Positions 8,370-17,691 of a DNA stretch of 64,000 nucleotides are shown here, one piece after another. Position 1 is the stretch's first letter, and the number at the start of each line of letters is the position of its first letter. Source of the stretch: Nitrospinales bacterium (GTDB lineage Bacteria > Nitrospinota > Nitrospinia > Nitrospinales > VA-1); the NCBI GenBank assembly GCA_965223345.1, contig CBDCWG010000012.1, forward strand, positions 320,001 to 384,000. Reading direction: 5' to 3'. A program made the translations under genes and the position numbers. Under the pieces are notes generated by a model. That model searched no databases. It was given only the letters and a program-made list of their open reading frames with translations, and was not told the DNA's origin.

Positions 8370-10079
8370 TCAACCGGGCAGCGGGACGTCGCGTTCCCGT
8401 GCGATCTGTTGGGCTTCTTCGTACCCCGCATCGACGTGACGGGCGACGCCCAGACCCGGATCGTTGGTCAACACCCGGTCCAGCCGTTCCTGTTTTTTGC
8501 GGGTGCCGTCGGCGACGATCACCATGCCCGCATGCAGGGAATTGCCGATGCCGACGCCGCCGCCGTGGTGGAAGCTGACCCAGCTGGCGCCGGAAACGGC
8601 GTTGACGGCGAAGTTCAACAGCGGCCAGTCGGCGACCGCGTCGCTGCCGTCGAGCATGGCTTCGGTCTCGCGGTTGGGTGACGCGACGCTGCCGCAGTCC
8701 AGGTGATCGCGGCCGATCACGATCGGCGCGGCCACCTCGCCTTTTTTCACCATGCGGTTCATGACTTTTCCCATCTTTGCGCGCTCGCCGTAGCCCAGCC
8801 AGCACACGCGGGTCGGCAGACCGAGGACGGGCACCTGCTTGCGGGCTTTTTCGATCCAGCGCGCGAGGGCCCGCTTTTCCGGAAAGGTTTCGATCACAGC
8901 GCGGTCGACCGCGTGCAGGTCCTTCTTTTTACCGGAAAGCAGCGCCCAGCGGAAGGGCCCCTGCCCTTCGCAGAACAGCGGGCGGATGTAGGCAACCACG
9001 AAACCGGGATACAGAAAGCTGCCGTCCGCATGCCGGATGTCCAGCCCGCCGAGTTCGGCCTGCCCGCGCAGGTTGTTGCCGTAATCGAACACCACCGCAC
9101 CCTGTTCCTGAAGTTCCACCAGCGCCCTGGCGTGCTCGACGGTGGTGGCGAGAGAACGTTTGCGGTATTCGTCGGGATCCTGCGCCCGCAATCGCATCAG
9201 CGCATCGTAGCTGTCGCCTTCGGGCACGTAATCCATGAGGTTGTGCGCGGAGGTCTGGTCGGTGACGATATCCGGGATGCGTTTGCGCTCCAGCAGCTCT
9301 CTGGCGGCGGTGGCGCCGTTCGCGAGCAGTCCGACGCTCACCGGCTGCTGTTCCGCGAGTGCCTCGTCGATCCACTCGAGCGCCTGATCGATCGATTCGG
9401 TGGCGCGGTCGAGATAGCCTTCCTCCAGACGCCGCTCGATCTGCGCCGGGTTCACCTCCGCCACCAGCACGCAGGCTTCGTTCATGGTGCCGGCCAGCGG
9501 CTGCGCGGCCCCCATGTTGCCCAGACCCGCGGTGTAGATCCATTTGCCCTTGAGGGTCGAGGCGGCGAATTCCTTGTGGCCGCAGGCGCCGAAGGTCTCG
9601 TAGGTGCCCTGGAGGATTCCCTGCGTGCCGATGTAGATCCAGCTGCCGGCGGTCATCTGCCCGTACATCATGAGACCCAAGCGGTCGAGTTCGTCGAAGT
9701 GCTCCTGGGTCGCGTACGCGGGCACCAGATTCGAGTTGGCCAGGATCACCCGCGGTGCGGCGGGATGGGTCTGCGCGATGTACACGGCTTTTCCCGATTG
9801 CACGCACAGGGTTTCATCCTCTTTCAGCTTTTTCAACGCCGCGACGATGCGGTGGTACTCCTTCCAGTTGCGCGCGGCGCGGCCGCTGCCGCCGTAGACG
9901 ATGAGCTGCCGCCAGTCGAGGGCGACTTTTTCGTCGAGATTGTTGTTGAGCATGCGGAGCGCCGCTTCGGTGTCCCAGTCGCCGCATTGCAGCGCGGACG
10001 ATGTCCGGGCGCGCGGCGCTTTCTTGGGACAGTCCTGCATTTCCATGGGACGGGTTTCTGCGGTTGGTTTGCGGTTCAT
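8370..10079 (-). CDS. hutU: Urocanate hydratase
   Basis: YGGSGRAARNW, YGQMTAGSWIYIGTQGILQGTYET, DQTSAH, GRDHLDCGSVASP and HHGGGVG. Start at 10079 overlaps the hutG stop. Confidence 0.97.
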   Translation of the reverse strand: MNRKPTAETRPMEMQDCPKKAPRARTSSALQCGDWDTEAALRMLNNNLDEKVALDWRQLIVYGGSGRAARNWKEYHRIVAALKKLKEDETLCVQSGKAVYIAQTHPAAPRVILANSNLVPAYATQEHFDELDRLGLMMYGQMTAGSWIYIGTQGILQGTYETFGACGHKEFAASTLKGKWIYTAGLGNMGAAQPLAGTMNEACVLVAEVNPAQIERRLEEGYLDRATESIDQALEWIDEALAEQQPVSVGLLANGATAARELLERKRIPDIVTDQTSAHNLMDYVPEGDSYDALMRLRAQDPDEYRKRSLATTVEHARALVELQEQGAVVFDYGNNLRGQAELGGLDIRHADGSFLYPGFVVAYIRPLFCEGQGPFRWALLSGKKKDLHAVDRAVIETFPEKRALARWIEKARKQVPVLGLPTRVCWLGYGERAKMGKVMNRMVKKGEVAAPIVIGRDHLDCGSVASPNRETEAMLDGSDAVADWPLLNFAVNAVSGASWVSFHHGGGVGIGNSLHAGMVIVADGTRKKQERLDRVLTNDPGLGVARHVDAGYEEAQQIARERDVPLPG

Positions 10080-10993
10080 GATTTTTTCTCTTTCCTCAGA
10101 GCGACGCCGAAACAGAAATAATAAAAGATCGCCGCGGCGAGACGGCCGGTGCGCTCTTCTTCGATGAGGGGGTTGTACTCGGAAAGGTCGAACAGGGAGA
10201 CGGACGGGTGTTTGCCGGAGTGGTAGGCGATCTGCGCCGCCTGCTGGCCGGACAGGCCGAGCACCCCCGGACAGGAAACGCCGGGCGCGTAGGCGCTGGC
10301 GATGGAATCCAGGTCGAAGCTGACGAACAGAAACGGGCACTGCCAGGCCAGGGTGCCGAGCGAGGCGATGAACTGGGTGACCACCTGGTCGCCGGCCTGC
10401 AATTCATCGTGCCAGAGGATGCATCCGTTGTTTTTGCGCACGAAACGCGCGTGCTCGCGGCTGCACTGGCTGCCCTGGGCGGCGAATTCGATGAAGTTCT
10501 CGCCTTGAAAGCGTTCGTCCTCCAGCAGCAGCCGGAAGGGAGACCCGCTGTGGGCCTGGCCGTCCTTCAGCGGGCGCACGTCCAGATGGGCGTCTACATT
10601 GATGACGCCCACGGGCTGCGTGCCGCTGTGGGCGAGCAGCGCCGAAGCGTTGGGATAGGACTGGTCGTTGCCGCCGCCGACGACGAAGGGAACGCCGCCC
10701 TGTTTTAATATGGCCGCCACGTGGCGGCTGAGTTCGCTGTGGGCCGCATCCAGGGACAGCCCTTCGGCGATGTCGCCGGCGTCCGTGATGGTGAGGGCCG
10801 TGAGGTCCACTTCCATTTCCGGGTTGGCGACGCTGCCGTAGCGCTTGAGCCAGGCGCGGAACTTTTCCGGCCCCTTGCGCGCCCCGGCCCGGCCGCCGTT
10901 GACGGCCACCCCGGCATCGTGCGGAAACCCCAGCAAAACCACGTCGCCCCCGTCACCGGGGGCCAGAATGTCTCCCAGCTTGACGTCCGCCAT
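10076..10993 (-). CDS. hutG: Formimidoylglutamase (arginase/agmatinase family)
   Basis: NGGRAGA, GGGND, NVDAHLDVR, SGSPF and SFDLD...PGVSCP. First gene of the hut cluster. Confidence 0.9.
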   Translation of the reverse strand: MADVKLGDILAPGDGGDVVLLGFPHDAGVAVNGGRAGARKGPEKFRAWLKRYGSVANPEMEVDLTALTITDAGDIAEGLSLDAAHSELSRHVAAILKQGGVPFVVGGGNDQSYPNASALLAHSGTQPVGVINVDAHLDVRPLKDGQAHSGSPFRLLLEDERFQGENFIEFAAQGSQCSREHARFVRKNNGCILWHDELQAGDQVVTQFIASLGTLAWQCPFLFVSFDLDSIASAYAPGVSCPGVLGLSGQQAAQIAYHSGKHPSVSLFDLSEYNPLIEEERTGRLAAAIFYYFCFGVALRKEKKS

Positions 10994-11223
10994 CTCTCTA
11001 TATATAGGCCCTTGCGCGGCGTTTGTAAACCTTCCCCATGCGGAAGGCTGTCCCCAGACCGGTGCGCCGCGGCGGGGCCGGACAGCGGAATCGCGGCGAT
11101 ATGCGGGGGGCCTCGCAACGAGGCGGCCAAGCGGTCCGGGGCTTGTGCGGCCGGGGCGATTTTGCTATATTCGGGATTCACGAAATCAAATTTTAATGCA
11201 ATTTATTTCAAGGAGAACCCCCG

Positions 11224-11637
11224 ATGTCCGCAGCCGCAGAAGCGCTGAGAAAAGCCATCGAACACGAAAAACTGGCTCTGGAACGTTACAAGGAAGCCAT
11301 CAATTGCTCCTCCAACGAGGAGACCCGCAAGTCGCTCAAGGAAATCGCTTCGAACAAGACGCAGACCATCGATTCGCTGCACTGGATGGCGCTGGCAGAG
11401 GCCGGTCAGCTGGACACCGATGCGGCCGCCGAAACGAAGGAAGAAACCACGCAAAGCTCCGCCAGCAAATGTCCGTTTTCCGGCGCACTGAAAGAGATGG
11501 GCGTTGACATCACCAAGATGGGTGAAATGTCCAAGGAAGACATGAACAAGATGATGGGCGGCATGTCGCGCGAAGAGATGGCCAAGATGATGGGCCTGGA
11601 TGATTCCAACAAAAACTCCGACTCATCCGCAAACTGA
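11224..11637 (+). CDS. Hypothetical protein: half ferritin/rubrerythrin-like N-terminus, KCPF motif, Met-rich tail
   Basis: AAGGAG RBS. ALRKAIEHEKLALERY resembles the first helix of the ferritin fold. C-terminus is Met-rich. Confidence 0.7.
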   Translation: MSAAAEALRKAIEHEKLALERYKEAINCSSNEETRKSLKEIASNKTQTIDSLHWMALAEAGQLDTDAAAETKEETTQSSASKCPFSGALKEMGVDITKMGEMSKEDMNKMMGGMSREEMAKMMGLDDSNKNSDSSAN

Positions 11638-11727
11638 ACCGGGTGCGCGCGCCCGCCGCATTCCGGTCCCGGCGAACGGCCGGGCCGGGCTCTGGCGTCG
11701 CGGCGCGGCCACTGGGATGGGTTCCCC

Positions 11728-12138
11728 ATGAATTTCCTCAAACCTTTCGACCTGCTCGTCGAATGCGCGGGCTGTGGGATCGAAAATCTGCTGCCCGGCT
11801 TCACCGCCGCGATGCCCGCGATCTGCAACCAGTGCCGGGAACGGCTGCTGGAGGAAGCGGTCACCGAGACGCATCAGGAACTGGTGTGCGAGCAGTGCGG
11901 CATGCTGCTGCTCCTGAAAAAGGACGCCCCCATCCTTTCCGGGGAATCGGTGTGTCGCTGCGGGGGCACGCAATTTCTCCGGCACGCCGCCCCCACCCTG
12001 CCCGCTGTGGCCGCACAACACGCTGCTGAGGATACGGACGACGCCGTCGAGGAGGATTTCGACTGGTGCCGGCCTGCCGGCGGTGAAGATAATATGAATG
12101 ATTACAACGATCTCTTCGATAAAGACCCCAGCCACTGA
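11728..12138 (+). CDS. Hypothetical Cys-rich protein (probable double zinc ribbon)
   Basis: Three CxxC motifs plus one CxC, with an acidic C-terminal tail. Confidence 0.7.
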   Translation: MNFLKPFDLLVECAGCGIENLLPGFTAAMPAICNQCRERLLEEAVTETHQELVCEQCGMLLLLKKDAPILSGESVCRCGGTQFLRHAAPTLPAVAAQHAAEDTDDAVEEDFDWCRPAGGEDNMNDYNDLFDKDPSH

Positions 12139-12358
12139 GCGTTTTTCCCGCCTTTTTTCGCCCCCTATTCGCCTCTCCGGAGTTTTCCACAAGAAATCCA
12201 CCCCGCGATCGATTTTTTCCTTGTCAGGGACTGAAAAGCGCCCTTATAATTATCCATTAGTAATTGATTTTTTGTTAGTTATTGGAATGAGCCCCTTCCT
12301 GAAGGAAGCCGCCCCCATCCCAAAAACCCGATCGTCGAACCGGCCCGGAAAGCCGTTA

Positions 12359-13672
12359 ATGAATATAAATCAATCACTTAAAAGCATAGTCGCAAAAATC
12401 TCGTTTTTGGACTATAATAAAGCGAACCCAGATTCTCCACAACTACTTATGAAACAAAAGGTTCCAGCATCAGGCGCGGTTTGGGAAGCGCATCTTAAAG
12501 AGGCGGCGGATCTGATCGGCTCGAATCAGAGGTTTCTGTTCTCAGCCGACATCGACCCGGATTCGGTGGGTTCGATGCTGTCTCTGGCCCTCTACCTCAA
12601 GAGCATGGGCAAAGAGGTGTTTCTGATCATCTCCCAGGGCTTGGGGGACAACCTGGACTACCTGGACAAGATCATCGCCTACAACGCCATTCCGGTTCTG
12701 AAGACCCAGGAAGACATCGCCGGTGTCCGCGATCAGATCGACGCGGTGGTGTTCTGCGACACGGCGAACACCAAATTGATCCCGTTTTATCCCTATCTCT
12801 GGGAACACATCCTGTGCAAACGGGTGCCGGTGCTGGAAATCGACCACCACTTCGGCGCCGACAGCGAAAAGATGACGGAACACGCGGTCTCTCTGTTCCG
12901 CAAGGCCAACGCCACCACGGAAATCGTCGCGGAACTGCTGCGCGTCATCCACCGCGCCCATCCGGACGGCCCCAACCCGCTGTTTCAAAGAAACATCGTT
13001 CTGAGCCTGATCACCGGCATCCTGGGGGACACGGTGGGCGGCCGGGTGGTCCCGTACCGGGGACGCTACCATTACTGGATCGACACGCTCGGGCACTCGC
13101 TCAAGGAAAACACCCGCTGGCGCAAGCACAACGGCAAACGCAGCGGCGACGACCGGGAAACCAAGTTCGGCCACCCCGATCAGGTACAGAAATACCTGAA
13201 CCGCCTTTCCGAGGAGCAGCACGCCTGCCTGAAGCTGCTCAAAAACCGCATCGAGGTGGACGGGGACATTGAAACGCTCAACCTGCTGGATTCCACCTAC
13301 GCGCAGGTGCGGCACGTTTCGCAGCCGTTCGATTCCAACTGGTTTGCAGACATCCTGTTCTTTCTGCTCAACGAGATTCCGGGAAAATCCGGCAAGATCG
13401 GCGTGGTCTACATTCACGGCAAGAACGCCGAGGACAAGGAATGCATCTACATCAAGATGCGCCGGCCGGAACACCACGCCCACATCGATCTCAGGCAGGC
13501 GGAGCAGGCCATCCGCTCGGCGTTTCAGGGCAAGTACATGGGCGGCGGGGGGCATCCCGGCGCCGTCTCCTTCCGCATCCACCCGCACGATGAAAGCGAG
13601 TTTCTGGCCAAATTCGCGCAGGCGCTCGACGCCCTCAAACGCGACCACGCCCTGACGGGTGCGGCGCACTGA
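12359..13672 (+). CDS. DHH family phosphoesterase (NrnA-like, with DHHA1 domain); start uncertain (12359 or 12449)
   Basis: DPDS, CDTAN, IDHHF, GILGDT and GGGGHPGA. Confidence 0.85.
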   Translation: MNINQSLKSIVAKISFLDYNKANPDSPQLLMKQKVPASGAVWEAHLKEAADLIGSNQRFLFSADIDPDSVGSMLSLALYLKSMGKEVFLIISQGLGDNLDYLDKIIAYNAIPVLKTQEDIAGVRDQIDAVVFCDTANTKLIPFYPYLWEHILCKRVPVLEIDHHFGADSEKMTEHAVSLFRKANATTEIVAELLRVIHRAHPDGPNPLFQRNIVLSLITGILGDTVGGRVVPYRGRYHYWIDTLGHSLKENTRWRKHNGKRSGDDRETKFGHPDQVQKYLNRLSEEQHACLKLLKNRIEVDGDIETLNLLDSTYAQVRHVSQPFDSNWFADILFFLLNEIPGKSGKIGVVYIHGKNAEDKECIYIKMRRPEHHAHIDLRQAEQAIRSAFQGKYMGGGGHPGAVSFRIHPHDESEFLAKFAQALDALKRDHALTGAAH

Positions 13673-13732
13673 TCGTCCTTGCGGTCTTTCCCTTGCCAAT
13701 CCGTTTCCACACAGAGAATGAATCGACCGGCT

Positions 13733-15202
13733 TCATGCCGCGGCTTTGAGAATCCGGGTCAGCACACCGCGGTCGGACGCGTTGAAGGTCTTGAGAAAAA
13801 TCAGCAGTAGAAAATAAACGGCTCCCGCCAGCACCACCAGCACCCCGAAAGGCAGACCCTCCAGACCGAACAGCAGGCCCGCCATGCCGGCCGCCGCTAC
13901 AGCCGGTCTCCAGGCCAGTGTGAAAAACGGCGCCGCACCGAGGGCGCTGCGCACCTGGGGCAGGTAGACGGCGAACAGAACCCACTGCGTCCCGGCCGCA
14001 ACGAAGGCGGCGCCGGTCACGCCCCAGCGCGGAATGCAATACAGGTTGGCGATGGGATTGAGCACCGCGAAAGCTCCCGCGGTCAGCAGCACCCTTCGGG
14101 TGCGGTGACCCGACAGGAGCAGGTGGGCGGCCAGATCGTTGAGACACAGCAGCGGAAATCCCAGAGCCATGCCGGCCAGGACGATTCCCGCACCCGCATA
14201 CCGCTCCCCGTACAAAAGCTCCACGATCGGCGACGCGCACACCGCCATGCCCACAGCCAGAGGCAGCGTGATGAGCAACAGATAGCGCGCCGATTCCCGC
14301 CAGAGACGCACGCCCGCGTCGCGGTCGTTCTTGAAGGATTTGGAGAACACGGGAAACAGCGCCAGGCGCACGCTGGCCATCAGCAGGAACAACGCTTCGA
14401 TCAGCTTGAACGCCGCCGCGTAGCGCCCGGTTTCGGCTTTGCCCGCCAGGAAAAACACCAGCACGGCGTCGATGCGGAAATAAATGTAGGTGAACAAAAG
14501 CGCGCCGCAGACCGGGGCGGCCTGCCGGACGATTTTGCGCACCAGCTGCCAGCTGAATTCGGCGAATTTGAACTGGTAGCTGACGCGCATCTGCCAGCGG
14601 GCGATGAAAAAGCAGAGGACGGATGTGAAGCAAAACGCCGCGGAGAACAGCAGCACATCGGCCCCCATCAGGAGAACGGCCAGTCCCAGCGCGAAAAACA
14701 GCACCCGCGCCAGCACCGTGAGGACCGACACCAGCGCCATCTGCTCGAAAGCGCGGAACACCGCGAGGTACAGGTCGGTGAAGCCGTGCACCATCAGCGA
14801 CACGCCGATCAAAAGCGCGACGCAAACGGTTTCCCGCGACAGCTCCGAAACCCCCAGCCCCGCCACCAGCAGGACCGCGGTGGCCAGCGACAGACCCAGC
14901 TTGAGCCCCATCACGCTCCTCAGATAATCGCGCGCCCGATCGGGCTCGCGGCTCACTTCCCGCGTCAGGTACAGGCTGAGCCCGGTGTCCACAAACACGG
15001 TCAACGCCCCGGTCAGCGAAAACGCGAAACTGAAAACCCCGAAGCCTTCCTTGCCGAGGTAACGCGCGGCCACCACCTGCGTCAACAGCGCCAAGAGCTT
15101 GGCGAGCGCTTCGGCGGCGAACAGCCACAGGGAATTTTTCACGACCCGCTGCGCCGTCTCGCCGCTCGCGGGGGAGGGTGCGGGCCGGGGATCATCGTTC
15201 AT
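13733..15202 (-). CDS. Polysaccharide flippase (Wzx/MOP superfamily)
   Basis: RVVKNSLWL, ARYLG..FG, YIYFRID and G.YAAAFKL. Many hydrophobic segments. Confidence 0.9.
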   Translation of the reverse strand: MNDDPRPAPSPASGETAQRVVKNSLWLFAAEALAKLLALLTQVVAARYLGKEGFGVFSFAFSLTGALTVFVDTGLSLYLTREVSREPDRARDYLRSVMGLKLGLSLATAVLLVAGLGVSELSRETVCVALLIGVSLMVHGFTDLYLAVFRAFEQMALVSVLTVLARVLFFALGLAVLLMGADVLLFSAAFCFTSVLCFFIARWQMRVSYQFKFAEFSWQLVRKIVRQAAPVCGALLFTYIYFRIDAVLVFFLAGKAETGRYAAAFKLIEALFLLMASVRLALFPVFSKSFKNDRDAGVRLWRESARYLLLITLPLAVGMAVCASPIVELLYGERYAGAGIVLAGMALGFPLLCLNDLAAHLLLSGHRTRRVLLTAGAFAVLNPIANLYCIPRWGVTGAAFVAAGTQWVLFAVYLPQVRSALGAAPFFTLAWRPAVAAAGMAGLLFGLEGLPFGVLVVLAGAVYFLLLIFLKTFNASDRGVLTRILKAAA

Positions 15203-15244
15203 GCGTTTTCCAATGGGACGTATGCAAAGCGTGTGATCGGCGCA

Positions 15245-16849
15245 TCAGGATGCGGAGGGCGCTTGCAGCCGCAGACGTTTGAGGTACAGAAGCTCCATCG
15301 AGTTCATCTCAAAGCCCTGCACGCGCGATTTCATGAGCAGGTTCTGTACCTGGATGAAAAGCGGGATCATGGCCGCGTCGGTCTCGGTGAGCAGGACCTG
15401 CGCCTCGTCGTAGATGGCTTTGCGCTTTTCAGGATCGCGCACGGTGGGCCCCTGGGCGACGAGGGCGTCGTAGCGCGGGTTGGCCCATCGCAGCCGGTTG
15501 TTGCCGCTGGTGGAGAGAAACAGATTCATGAAGTTGTCGGGATCGGGAAAATCCGCACCCCAGCCGAGACGGAAAATCTGCGGCGGGTCGGTGTTCAGGC
15601 GGCTGAGAAACACTTTCCATTCCTGGTTTTCAAATTCGATGTTGACGTTGAGGTGCTTGCGCCACTGGTCTTTGACAAATTCGGCGATCAGCCGGTTGCG
15701 GTTTTCGGAGTTGAACACCGCCACGGACCTGGGGAAGCCTTTTCCGCCGGGGTAACCGGCTTCGGCCAGCAATCTTCTGGCTTTTTCGGGATCGAAATGC
15801 GCGCCGATGTCGGGATTGTAACCGAACATGCCTTTGGGAATCCAGGAGGCGGTGGGGATTTCCCCGCCCTTTAAAATAACCGGGATCTGCGAACGGTCGA
15901 TGGCGTGCGCGAACGCCCGGCGCACACGCACGTCGTCGAACGGCGGTTTCTGCACGTTCATGCCGTAATAATAACCGCGCAGCTGCGGCCGTTTTCTGTA
16001 TTCGGGATGTTCCTTGTAATGCGGAATGGCCACCGGCGGCAGCTGCACCATGTCGAGTTCGCCGGTTTCATAGAGAGTGAGCGCGGTGGTGGGTTCCTCG
16101 ACCACGAACACCTCCACTTGCGGCACCGGCGGCGGGCCTTCGAAATGCCGCTCGTGCGCCTTGAGCACGAGCTTGTATTCGTGCTGCCATTCGGCGAGTT
16201 GATAGGGTCCGTTGGTGACGATGTGCTGCGGTTCGGTCCAGCGGTCCCCGTAGCGGGTCACGATGTCTTCGCGCTGCGGGTAGGTCACCATGAAGGTGGT
16301 GATGCTGGGAAAATACACCACGGGTTTCTTGAGTTTCACTTCCAGCACGGTCGGCGACAGGGCGCGCACGCCGACCTTGGAAGGATCGGTGACGGTGCCG
16401 GCGTTGTACTCGGCGGCGTTTTCGATGTCGAACAGGAAATAGGCGTACTGGGCGGCGGTTTTCGGATTCAAAAGCCGCTTCCAGGAATACTCGAAATCCT
16501 GCGCGGTGACGGGCTGGCCGTCGCTCCAGAACACGTCGTCGCGCAGGGTGTAGGTGATCACCCGGCCGTCCTCGGAGAATTTCCACTCTTTCGCCACGGC
16601 CGGGATGGGTTCCAGATCGGCGGTGTACTGGGTGAGCCCTTCCATGAGGTTGGTGAGGATGTTGAAGGAGATGCTGTCGGTGGCCAGGGTCCAGTCGAGC
16701 GTCGGCGGATCGGCCCGCACCGACATGCGGAAGGTATCGGCATTCCGGGCTCCGGCATCGGAACAGGCGGACAGTATCGCGGGAAAGATAATCCAGAAGA
16801 CGGCCTGCCACGCAGCCGCCGGGAAACGGAAAAGGCGAGAACGTTTCAT
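15245..16849 (-). CDS. Peptide ABC transporter substrate-binding lipoprotein (OppA family)
   Basis: Lipobox LSAC; EGLT, WSDGQPVTAQDFEYSW, NGPY and GWGADFPDP. No permease genes adjacent. Confidence 0.92.
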   Translation of the reverse strand: MKRSRLFRFPAAAWQAVFWIIFPAILSACSDAGARNADTFRMSVRADPPTLDWTLATDSISFNILTNLMEGLTQYTADLEPIPAVAKEWKFSEDGRVITYTLRDDVFWSDGQPVTAQDFEYSWKRLLNPKTAAQYAYFLFDIENAAEYNAGTVTDPSKVGVRALSPTVLEVKLKKPVVYFPSITTFMVTYPQREDIVTRYGDRWTEPQHIVTNGPYQLAEWQHEYKLVLKAHERHFEGPPPVPQVEVFVVEEPTTALTLYETGELDMVQLPPVAIPHYKEHPEYRKRPQLRGYYYGMNVQKPPFDDVRVRRAFAHAIDRSQIPVILKGGEIPTASWIPKGMFGYNPDIGAHFDPEKARRLLAEAGYPGGKGFPRSVAVFNSENRNRLIAEFVKDQWRKHLNVNIEFENQEWKVFLSRLNTDPPQIFRLGWGADFPDPDNFMNLFLSTSGNNRLRWANPRYDALVAQGPTVRDPEKRKAIYDEAQVLLTETDAAMIPLFIQVQNLLMKSRVQGFEMNSMELLYLKRLRLQAPSAS

Positions 16850-17025
16850 GGGCGTCAGGATACCATGCGCCCCGGTTTCTGGAAAGCCGCTGACGGCTGC
16901 GGACGCCAACCGGGCTTTGCGGGACGGGTGGCTTTGCGGATCGTTCACCCGAATCGCTGCATATATTAATTCTTTACATTTCAAGGGACATCGATAGAAT
17001 AAAACGTTTTAACCCCTTACTTCCA

Positions 17026-17691
17026 ATGGCAGACGACCTTTCCTACATCCGCAAATGGCTCAAGCGCGGCTTGAGCAAGGACAAGCGCACGCTCGATCTT
17101 TCCGGGAAAAACATCGACAACCAGGTGGCGATGGAAATCGCCGAAAACATGGTGGTGCCCGACCTGGAGATCGTGTACCTGCACACCAACCGCATCAAGG
17201 ATCCGGGCCTGGAAGAGCTGGCCGAATCGGATCTGCTCGCGCCGGTAAAGGAATTGTGGCTGTATGAAAACAGGATCGGCGACGACGGCGCCACAGCGAT
17301 CGCGGAGTCGTCGAAGATCAGCCGCCTCAAATATCTCAGCCTGTACACCAACCGCATCGGCGACGCGGGTGCGATCGCATTGTCCGAATCTTCGGCGTTG
17401 TCGCAGCTGGAAACGCTGGATCTGTCTTTCAACCGCATCGGCGACGCAGGAGCCGTCGCGCTGGCGCACTCCACAAAACTGAAAAACCTTAAGGTGCTGC
17501 ATCTGGACGCCAACCGCATCGGTCTCACCGGCATGCAGGCGCTGGCGCAGGCCAAAGGACTCAAAAAACTGAAGACGCTCAACCTGCTGTACAACCGCAT
17601 CGAACCGCAAGGCCTCGAGTTGATGCGCGATTCAGAGCGCCTGCAAAGTCTGGACGTTCTCAAGACCGACCTGTTCCAAGCCGATGACTGA
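17026..17691 (+). CDS. Leucine-rich repeat protein (28-residue RI/GALA-like repeats)
   Basis: Repeated LxLxxNRIGDxGAxALAxS units. Confidence 0.9.
   Translation: MADDLSYIRKWLKRGLSKDKRTLDLSGKNIDNQVAMEIAENMVVPDLEIVYLHTNRIKDPGLEELAESDLLAPVKELWLYENRIGDDGATAIAESSKISRLKYLSLYTNRIGDAGAIALSESSALSQLETLDLSFNRIGDAGAVALAHSTKLKNLKVLHLDANRIGLTGMQALAQAKGLKKLKTLNLLYNRIEPQGLELMRDSERLQSLDVLKTDLFQADD

Noticed and set aside
7123..8805. Extended N-termini in the ORF track (hutI 560 aa, hutU 656 aa, Nfu-N 299 aa, FAH 329 aa, aminotransferase 437 aa, lexA 229 aa)
   Set aside because: The extensions overlap neighbouring genes or promoters and lack family features, so shorter starts were chosen.
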